The notes below the pieces were generated by a model that searched no databases, was not told the DNA's origin, and was given only the letters and a program-made list of their open reading frames with translations. Both the position numbers and the translations under genes were made by a program. This document shows positions 52,301 to 64,000 of a DNA stretch of 64,000 bases, in pieces (position 1 is the first letter of the stretch; each line of letters begins with the position of its first letter). The DNA comes from Eledone cirrhosa. Taxonomy: Eukaryota. The stretch lies in assembly GCA_964016885.1 (NCBI GenBank), contig OZ024740.1:217000001-217064000 (forward strand), given 5' to 3'.

Positions 52301-55300
52301 CTTATAAATGTTGACATGCTAGAAATAGCAGCTAGATCTCCCTCATATCACACCTTATTGTCTTATATATCTTGACATGCTAGAAATAGCAGCTAGATCT
52401 ACCTCAAATTACACCATAGTGTCTTATATATCTTTGCATGCTAGAAATAGCAGCTAGCTCTGTATCAAATTACACTTTACAGTCTTATATATCTCGACAT
52501 GCTAGAATTAGCAGCCAGATGTCCTTCATATCAGAGCTTATTGTCCTCTTTATCTTTACATGCTAGAAATAGCAGCTAGATCACACTTTACTGTCTTTTA
52601 TATCTTGACATGCTAGAAATAGCCAGCAGATCTCTCTCAAATCAAACTCTACTATCTTGAAATGCTAGAAATATCAGCCAGATCTCCCTCAAATTACCCC
52701 ATACTGTCTTAATTATCATGACATGTTAGAAATAGTAGCTAAACCTACCTCAAATCACACTTTACTGTCTTTTATATCTTGACATGCTAGAAATGGCAGC
52801 CAGATCTCCTTCAAATTCCACTTTACTGTCTTATATATCTTGACATGCTAGAAATAGCAGCTAGATCTTCCTCAATATCACACTTTACTGTCATATATCT
52901 TGATTGCTACAAATAGTAGCCAGATCTCCCTCAAATTACTCAATACTGTCTTATATATCATGACATTCTAGAAATAGCAGCTAGATCTCCCTCATATCAC
53001 ACCTTATTGTCTTATATATCTTGATATGCTAGAAATAGCAGCTAGATCTTCTTCAAATCACACTTTACTCTCTTTTATTTCTTGACATGCCAGAAATAGT
53101 AGACAGATCTCCCTCATATCTCACTTTACTGTCTTATATATCTTGACATGCTAGAAAAAGCAGCCAGATCTCCCTCAAATTACACCATACTGTCTTATTT
53201 ATCATGACATGATAGATATAGCAGCTAGACTTCCCTTAAATCACACTTTACTGTCTTTTATATCTTGACATTCTAGAAATAGCAGCTTGATCTGCCTCGA
53301 ATCAAACTTTACTGTCTTATATATCCTTACATCTTAGAAATAGCAGCTAGATATCCCTCATATCACAACTTGTTATATTATATATCTTGGCATGCTAGAA
53401 ATAGCCAGCAGATCTCCCTCAAATCAAACTCTACTGTCTTATGTATTTTGAAATGCTAGAAATAGCAGCCAAATCCCTCAAATTACCCCATACTGTCTTA
53501 TTTATCATGACATGATAGAAATAGCAGCTAGACCTCCCTTAAATCACACTTTACTGTCTTTTATATCTTGACATTCTAGAAATAGCAGCTTGATCTGCCT
53601 CGAATCAAACTTTACTGTCTTATATATCCTTACATGTTAGAAATAGCAGCTAGATATCCCTCATATCACAACTTGTTATATTATATATCTTGGCATGCTA
53701 GAAATAGTAGCCAGATCTCCCTCAAATCAAACTCTACTGTCTTATGTATTTTGAAATGCTAGAAATAGCAGCCAGATCCCTCAAATTACCCCATACTGAC
53801 TTATTTATCATGACATGATAGAAATAGCAGCTAGACCTCCCTTAAATCACACTTTACTGTCTTTTATATCTTGACATTCTAGAAATAGCAGCTTGATCTG
53901 CCTCGAATCAAACTTTACTGTCTTATATATCCTTACATGTTAGAAATAGCAGCTAGATATCCCTCATATCACAACTTGTTATATTATATATCTTGGCATG
54001 CTAGAAATAGCCAGCAGATCTCCCTCAAATCAAACTCTACTGTCTTATGTATTTTGAAATGCTAGAAATAGCAGCCAGATCCCTCAAATTACCCCATACT
54101 GTCTTATTTATCATGACATGATAGAAATAGCAGCTAGACCTCCCACAAATCACACTTTACTGTCTTTTATATCTTGACATGCTAGAAATAGCAGCTAGAT
54201 CTCCTTCGAATCAAACTTTACTGGCTCATAAATCTTGACATGCTAGAAATAGCAGCAAGATCTCTTTGAAATCACACTTTACTGTCTTATATATCTTGAC
54301 ATGTATTTTTACATGCTAGAAATGGCAGCCAGATCTCCCTCCAATTACACTTTACTGGCTCATAAATCTTGACATGCTAGAAATAGCAGCAAGATCTCCC
54401 TCTAATTACACCATACTGTCTTATATATGTTGATATACTAGAAATAGCAGCCAGATCTCCCTCATATCACACCTTATTATCTTATATATCTTGACATGCT
54501 AGAGATAGTAGCCAGATCTCCCTCAAATCACACTTTACCGTCTTATATATGTTGACATGTTAGAAATAGCAGCCAGATCTCCCTCAAATCACATCCTATC
54601 GTCTTATATATCCTAACATGCTAGAAATAGCAGCTAGATCTCCCCCAAATTTCACCTTATTGTCTAATATATATTGACATGCTAAAAATAGCAGCAAAAT
54701 CTCCTTCAAATCACACTTTACTGTCTTATATATCTTTACATGCTGGAATCAACAGCTAGATCTTCAAATCTCACTTTACTGTCTTATATATCTGGATTTA
54801 CTAGCAATAGCAGCCAGATCTCCCTCATATCGCACCTTATTATCTTATATATCTTGACATGCTAGAAATAGCAGCCAGATCTCCCTCAAATCAAAATTTA
54901 CTGTCTTATGTATCTTGAAATGCTAGAAATAGACGCTAGACCTTTCTCAAATGACACCATACTGTCTTATATATCTTTACATGCTAGAAATAGCAGCCTG
55001 ATCTCCCACAAATCACACTTTACTGTCTTATATATTTTGAGATGCTAGAAGTCATAGCTAGATCTCCCTCATATCACACCTTACTGCCATATATATCTTG
55101 ACATGCTAGAAATAGCAGCTAGATCTCCACCTAATCACACTTTAATGTCCTACATATCTTTACATACTAGAAATAACAGCCAGATCTCCCTTAAATTACA
55201 CATTACTGTCTTACATATCTTGACATGCTAGAAATAGTAGCCAGATCTCCCTGATATCAAAGCTTATTGTCTTCTATATCTTTACATGCTAGAAATAGCG

Positions 55301-58300
55301 GCTAGATCTCCCTCATGTCACACCTTATTGTCACATATATCTTTACATGCTAGAAATAGCAGCTAGATCTCCTTCGAATCGCACTTTATTGTCTTACATA
55401 TCTAGAGATGCTAGAAATAGCAGCTACATCTCCCACAAATCAGACTTTACTGTCTTATATATCATGACATTTTAGAAATAGCAGCTAGATCTCCCTCATA
55501 TCACACTTTACTGTTTTATATATCTTGACATGCTAGAAATAGCCGCTAGATCTCCCTCAAATCACACCATACTCTCTTATATATCTTGACATGCTAGAAA
55601 TAGCAGCTAGACCTCCCTAAAATTACACCATACTGTCTTATATATCATGAAATGCTAGAAATAGCAGTTAGTTCTCCCTCAAATCACAGTTTATTCTCTT
55701 ATATATCATGCTAGAAATAACAGCAAGATCTCCCTCACATTACACCATACCATCTTATATATTTTTAAATGCCAGAAATGACAGCTAGATCTCCCTCAGA
55801 TCACACTTTACTAGCTTATAAATCTTGACATGCTTAAAATAGCAACTAGATCTCCCTCATATCACAGCTTATTAGCTTATGTATCTTGACATGCTAGAAA
55901 TAGCAGCAAGATCTCCTTCAAATCACATTATACTGCCTTATATATCTCTACATGCTAGAAATAACAGCCAGATCTCCCTCAGATTACACATTACTGTCTT
56001 ATACATCTTAACCTGCTAGAAATAACGGTAAGATCCCCCTCCAATTACACCATGCCATCTTATATATCTCGATATTCTAGAAATAGCAGCCAGATCTCCC
56101 TCATATCAGGGCTTATTATCTTCTATATCTTTACATGCTAGAAATAGCAGCCAGATCTCCCTCAAATCACAGTTCACTGTCTTATATATCTTTACATGCT
56201 AGAAATAGCATCTAGATATCCCTCAAATCACACTTTACTGTGTTATATATCTTGACATGCTAGAAAAGGCAGCTAGACCTCCCTAAAATTAGACCATACT
56301 GTCCTATATATCATGACATGCTAGAAATAGCAGCTAGATCTCCCTCAAATCACAGTTTATTCTCTTATATATCTTGACATGCTAGAAATAACAGCAAGAT
56401 CTCCCTCAAATTACACCATACCATCTTATATATGTTTAAATACCAGAAATAGCTGCTAGATCTCCCTCAGATCACACTTTACTATCTTATATATCTTGAC
56501 ATGCTAGAAATAGCAGCTAGATCTCCCTCATACAACTGCTTATTAGCCTATATATCTTGACATGTTAGAAATAGCAGCCAGATCTCCTTCAAATCACACT
56601 TTGCTGTCTTATATATCTCTACATGCTAGAAATAACAGCCAGATCTCCCTCAGCTTACACATTACTGTCTTATAAATCTTGACATGCTAAAAATAGCAGC
56701 TCGATCATCCTCAAATCACAGTTATATATCTTGACATGCTAGAAATAGCAGCTAGATGTCCTTTAAATCTCACTTTACATCTTACATTATCTTGATATGC
56801 TAGAAATAGCAGCCAGATCTCCCTCAAATCACAGTTCACTGTCTTATATATCTTTACATGCTAGAAATAGCATCTAGATATCCCTCAAATCACACTTTAC
56901 TGTGTTATATATCTTGACATGCTAGAAAAGGCAGCTAGACCTCCCTAAAATTAGACCATACTGTCCTATATATCATGACATGCTAGAAATAGCAGCTAGA
57001 TCTCCCTCAAATCACAGTTTATTCTCTTATATATCTTGACATGCTAGAAATAACAGCAAGATCTCCCTCAAATTACACCATACCATCTTATATATGTTTA
57101 AATACCAGAAATAGCTGCTAGATCTCCCTCAGATCACACTTTACTATCTTATATATCTTGACATGCTAGAAATAGCAGCTAGATCTCCCTCATACAACTG
57201 CTTATTAGCCTATATATCTTGACATGTTAGAAATAGCAGCCAGATCTCCTTCAAATCACACTTTGCTGTCTTATATATCTCTACATGCTAGAAATAACAG
57301 CCAGATCTCCCTCAGCTTACACATTACTGTCTTATAAATCTTGACATGCTAAAAATAGCAGCTCGATCATCCTCAAATTACAGTTATATATCTTGACATG
57401 CTAGAAATAGCAGCTAGATGTCCTTTAAATCTCACTTTACATCTTACATTATCTTGATATGCTAGAAATAGCAGCTAGATCTCCCTCAAATCACACTTAA
57501 TATGTTATATATCTTGACATGCTAGAAATATCAGCTTGAACTCCCTCAAATCACACCATACTCTCTTATATATCTTGACATGCAAGAAATAGCAACTAGA
57601 CTTCCCTAAGATTACACCATACGGTCTTATATATCATGACATGCTAGAAATAGCAGCCAGATCTCCCTCATATCACACGTTATTGTCTTATATATCTTGA
57701 CATGCTGGAAATAGCACCTAGATCTCCTTCAAATCCGACTTTACTGTCCTATATATCTTGACATGCTAGAAATAGCAGCTAGATCTCCCTCAAATCATAC
57801 TTTACTTTCTTATATATCGTTACATGCTAGAAACAGCAGCTAGATCTCCCTCAAATCACACTTTACTGTCTTTTATATATTTACATGCTAGAAATAGCAG
57901 CTAGATCTCCCTCAAATTACACCATACTCTCTTTATATATCATGATATGCTAGAAATAGCAGCTACATACTCAAATCACAGTTTATTCTCTTATATATCT
58001 TGACATGCTAGAAATAACAGCAAGATCTCCGTCAAATTACACCATACCATCTTATATATGTTTAAATGCCAGAAATAGCAGCTAGATCTCCCTCAGATCA
58101 CACTTTACTGTCTTATATATTTTGACATGCTAGAAATAGCAACTAGATCTCCATTATATAACACCTTATTAGCTTAAATATCTTGACATGCTAGAAATAA
58201 CAGCCAGATCTCCAACAAATTACACTTTACTGTCTTATAAATCTTGACATGCTAGCAATAACAGCAAGATCCCCCTCCAATTACACCATACCATCTCATA

Positions 58301-60720
58301 TATCTTGACATGCTAGAAATAGCAGCCAGGTCTCCCTCATATCAGAGCTTATTGTCTTCTATATCTTTACATGCTAGAAATAGCAGCTGGACCTTCCCCA
58401 AATCACACTTTACTATCTGATATATCTTGAGATGCTAAAATAGCTGCTAGAACTACCTCAAATCACACTTTACTGACTTATATCTCTTTACATACTAGAA
58501 ATAGCAGCTAGATCTCCCTCAAATCACACTTTACTGTCTTATATATCCTTACATGCTAGAAATAGCAGCCTGATCTCCCACAAATCAGACTTTATTCCCT
58601 TATATATCTTGATATGCTAGAAATAACAGCAATATCTCCCTCAAATCACACTTTACTGTCTTATATATGTTGAGATGCTAGGAAAAGTAGCTAGATCTCT
58701 CTCATATCACACCTTATTGCCTTATATATCTCGACTTGCTTGAAATAATAGCTAGATCTCCTTCAAATTACACTTTACTGTCTTATATATCTTGACATGC
58801 TAGAAATAACAGCAAGATCTCCCTCAAATCTCACTTTACTGTGTTATATATCTTGACATGCTAGAAATAGTAACCCAGATCTCCCTCAAATCACACCTTA
58901 TTGTCTTATATATCTTTACATGCTAGAAATAGCAGCTAGATCTCCCTCAAATCACACCTTACTGACTTATATATCTTGACATGCTAGAAATAGCAGCTAG
59001 ATCTCCCTCAAATCACACCTTACTGACTTATATATCTTGACATGCTAGAAATAGCAGCTAGATCTCCCTCAAATCACACTTTACTGTCTTATATATCTTG
59101 ACATGCCAGAAATAGCAGCTAGATCTCCCGCAAATCACACTTTACTGTCTTATATATCCTTACACGCTAGAAATAGCAGCCAGATTTCCCTCATATCACA
59201 CCTGATTATCTTATATATCTTGACATGCTAGAAATAGCAGCCTGATCTCCCACAAATCACACTTTACTCTCTTATATATCTTGATATACTATAAATAGCA
59301 GCAATATCTCCCTCAAATCACACTTTACTGTTTTATATATGTTGAGATGCTAGAAATAGTAGATAGATCTCCCTCATATCACACCTTATATTTCTTGTCA
59401 TGCTAGAAATAGCAGCTAGATCTCCCTCAAATCAGAGTTTAGTGTCTTATATATCTTGACATGCTAGAAATAGCAGCCAGATTTTCCCCAAATTACACCT
59501 TACTCTCTTATATATCTTGACTTGCTAGAAATAGTAGTCAGATCTCCTGCAAATCACACCTTATTGTCTTATATATCTTTACATGCTAGAAATAACAGCT
59601 TGATCTCCCTCATATCACACCTTATTAGCTTATATATCTTGACATGCTAGAAATAGCAGCCAGATCACCCTCTAATCACACTTTACTGTCTTATATATCT
59701 TTAAATACTAGAAATAGCAGCAAGATCTCCTTCAAATTACATTATACTGTCTTATATATCTCTACATGCTAGAAATAACAGCCAGATCTCCCTCAAATTA
59801 CACATTACTGTCTTATAAATCTTGACATGCTAGAAATAACAGCAGGATCCACCTCCAATTACACCATACCATCTTATATATCGACATGCTAGAAATAGCA
59901 GCCAGATCTCCCTCATATCAGAGCTTATTGTCTTCTATATCTTAACATGCTAGAAATAGCAGCTAGAACTCCACCTAATCACAGCTTACTGTCTTATATA
60001 TCTTGACATGTTAGAAATAGCAGCTAGATCTCCCTCAAATCACAGTTTCCTGTCATATATATCTTGACATGCTAGAAATAGCAGCCAGATTTTCCCCAAA
60101 TCACACTTTACTCTCTTATATATCTTGACTTGCTAGAAATAGTAGCCTGATCTCCCACAAATCACTTTACTGTCTTATATATGTTGAGATGCTAGAAATC
60201 GTAGCTTGATCTCCCTCATATCACACCTTATTGCCATATATATCTTGACATGCTAGAAATAGCAGCAAGATCTCCTTAAAATCACACTTTACTGTCTTAT
60301 ATATCTTGACTTGCTTGAAGTAATAGTTAGATCTCCCTCAAATCACACTTTACTGTCTTATATATCTTGACTTGCTTGAAGTAATAGTTAGATCTCCCTC
60401 AAATCACACTTTACTGTCTTATATATCTTGACATGCTAGAAATAGCAGCTAGATCTCCACCTCATCACACTTTACTGTCTTATATATCTTTACATACTAG
60501 AAATAGCAGCCAGATCTCCCTCAAATCACACTTTACTGTCTTATATATCTCGACATGCTAGACATAGCAGCCAGGTCTCCCTCAAATCACACTTTATTGT
60601 CTTCTATATCTTTACATGCTAGATATAGCAGCCAGATCTCCCTCAAATCATACTTTACTATTTTATATATCTTGACATGCTAGAAATAGCAGCAAGATCT
60701 CCCTCAAATCACACCTTATT

Positions 60721-60870
60721 TTTTCAAACCAAAAGGTTACATTGGACAAAGATGTCCCACCTATGCAAAAAAAAAATCGTAGGAAGGTCACAGATGTGTC
60801 ACCTTTGATCATAGTTCCACTGAATCACAGTGTCTGACCTGGGGCTAAACAATAACAATAACTATTGGCA
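60721..60870 (+). mobile_element. SINE-like 3' tail continuing directly from the last satellite unit
   Basis: ...GGTCACAG...CCTTTGATCATAG...CTGACCTGGGGCTAAACAATAACAATAAC; resembles a cephalopod SINE tail ending GACCTGGGGCTAAAC(AAC)n (from memory). Confidence 0.6.
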
Positions 60871-60999
60871 ATGTCAACACTAACAACAACAACAATCAAC
60901 ACTCACCAATATATCCTTATAACACTAATAATAACAACACTAACAACTTAATAACCATGATTCTGTCAACTATTGTCACTCTACCCTCACAAAAATGTT

Positions 61000-61822
<823 letters not shown>

Positions 61823-63099
61823 GTCTATACATCTATCTCTGTTGTGTAAGGGAATCTAGTTTGAGTGTGAAAGGTTTCAGTGAAGATGCAACAGCAGGCC
61901 GTTGGTCGGTCAGTGGTAGAATGGGATCGGAGTGAACTGACCAGTGAAAACACAGCACTAAACAAACATATAAGCTTGTGTTCCAGTCTTTTTCATTTTT
62001 CCTTTCTGATTTTCTTTTTTTTTTCTTTTATTCTTTTTGGTTTTTCCTTCATCTTTTGCAAACATTGAAAAATCTATGAGCAGAGTTTCTTTTAACCTTG
62101 TCCCCCTCCCCTATCATCCTTTCTGGGTTTGGAGAGCAAACCTTATCCTGTCGCATCTGTTTTTACTGATTGTCATCGACACAACACTCTCAGAACGTGT
62201 GTAGTGTTTACTGAGATCCTGCAACTAAACAGACATGATTCTGCTGTGATTCAGCTCTTTCCTTCCTTTTAGATCATCTTATTCAACCATCTGTGAGCAT
62301 TTCTAAATATTGGTTAGTCTTAGAAACTAAAACATATTTTGTCAGTCAATACTCTCCTGAATTGTGTTTAGGCCGAAGTTAATTTCTCCAGTCGAAAATG
62401 TAAATGGTTTTGGCGTTTCGTAAACAAATCGAAGCAACAGTGATAAGCAGCAGGGACTTGGTAAATAAAGCTGAGCAAACGAACGCCGCCGCGATGGTGT
62501 TATTCAAGTCAAATTTCAGAATAGAATCATAGATTCTGATTCAAGGATTTCTGACCATTCCTAAGGGAGAGGATTGGGAAGGAAGGAAAGGTAGGTGGAA
62601 GGGAAGAGAAGGCTGAGGGTTATAGAGTGGGTGTCACTATGAAAGTACACGAGAAATTGCATAGAAACTAACAAGGGAGAGAGATGGGCTAGTTGTGGGT
62701 TTTATGGAGATTTTGAGAGATAGAGAATGAGAATAACTAAGATGAGAAAGGAAAGATAGGGGTTTGTGCTATATAAAGACACTTAGGTGGGGGTGTATAA
62801 ATGAGACATTGATTATACAATGTTTATCATGCAGGGGGGGGGGGTTATGTCACAGAAGTTGTAAAGGTTATATAACCACAATCACATCAACACTTATTTT
62901 ATCTAGGAATTGGTTGGTTGCTGGAGAATCTGGATACTTTTCACCATACCACTCCAATGACCACTGCCACTGTTTACACCACCACCACTCCAGGCACAAT
63001 TACTACTACTACCATCATACACTTTCCTTTCATTATCCATCATCATTGACAACTACCAACACATTACCTACCTTCACTATCACATCACCACCACAACCA

Positions 63100-63545
63100 T
63101 CACATCACTACCACCACGTACCACCATCACTACCATCACGTACCACCATCACTACCATCATGACCATCACCACCACCACCATCACTACCACCATCTCCTT
63201 CATCACCACCACCATCACTACCACCATCTCCATCACCACCACCATTACCACCACCATCAATTCCACCATCACCACCACTATCATCACCACCACCACCATC
63301 TCCATCACCATCGCCATCACCACCACTATCATCACCACCACCACCACCATCTCCATCACCATCACCACCACCACCACCATCTCCATCACCACCACCACCA
63401 TTTCCATCACCACCACCATCACCACCACTATCATCACCATCACCACCACCATCTCCATCACTACCACCATCACCACCACTATCATCACCATCTCAATCAC
63501 CACCACCATCTCCATCACAACCACCACCATCTCCATCACCACTAC
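63100..63545. repeat. (CAC/CAT)n cryptic trinucleotide repeat
   Basis: Seen directly; the Thr/Ile- and Val/Met-rich ORFs are artefacts. Confidence 0.9.
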
Positions 63546-64000
63546 ACAATATCTTAGAAAACTCATATATCCACTGTATTGATTGTGTGTTGGGAGTGAC
63601 AGAGCGAGAGAGAAAGAAAGAAAGAGAGAGAGAGGAAGAGACAGACTGACAGAGAGAGAGAGAAAGAGACAGACTGAGAGAGAGAGAGAGAGAATCAATT
63701 TGCCTGTATTTGTTTAGCATGAAGTGTCACATGAATAGGATGGGTGTGTGTTATTATTTACTGCCAGTCACACACACATATATCATATATACACACATCA
63801 CCCTCCCCCCACATGACACACATATCATACACACACATCAAACACACACACATATACATCACCCACAATACACACACGCATCACACACCACACATGACAA
63901 ACACAGTACCCTAACATAGTACCCAAACACAGTACCTGAACATAGTACCCTAACAGTGTTAGAATACATCTCTCTACCCTAACAGTAGTACATCTCTCTA

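Larger units (their letters stand above)
37370..60720. repeat. ~23-kb satellite array, 61-bp unit GACATGCTAGAAATAGCAGCTAGATCTCCCTCAAATCACACTTTACTGTCTTATATATCTT (roughly 340 diverged copies), interrupted by retroposons
   Basis: 61-bp period (register shifts 1 nt per 60-nt line at 58921-59100); a single orientation throughout; local higher-order repeats. Confidence 0.98.

Noticed and set aside
37370-60720. CRISPR-like look (conserved hairpin-containing repeat alternating with variable segments)
   Set aside because: The variable segments are homologous variants of one sequence rather than unique spacers; no cas genes; eukaryotic context.
63900-64000. Telomere-like CCCTAA motifs
   Set aside because: Isolated CCCTAA within the start of another minisatellite cut off by the window end; not a (TTAGGG)n array.

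Overview
Eukaryotic, AT-rich, repeat-dominated DNA. The SINE, LINE and MITE families and the one real exon point to a coleoid cephalopod, most likely Octopus (inference, no search run). Only one host coding exon is supportable: a 304-nt Gln-rich exon (9303-9606, +) resembling the N-terminal Q-rich exon of FoxP, so nearly all of the window is probably FoxP intron. The rest contains: five long tandem arrays (~57-62 bp at 1-4755, 31 bp, 28 bp, 57 bp, and a ~23-kb 61-bp satellite); 5'-truncated RTE and CR1 LINEs; two tRNA-derived SINE families; piggyBac-, mariner- and hAT-type MITEs; a non-autonomous Helitron; and many microsatellites. Almost every ORF in the supplied track is a repeat artefact. 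The most notable observations are: (i) two related palindromic cassettes inserted in (TA)n tracts whose arms each carry a minimal type-I hammerhead ribozyme motif, with covarying stems (Penelope-like inverted-pLTR architecture); (ii) at least three satellites that appear to have been seeded by short pieces of transposons whose remainder still flanks the array; (iii) a PHD-type zinc finger inside the RTE ORF; (iv) a SINE and its partner RTE LINE with nearly identical tails.
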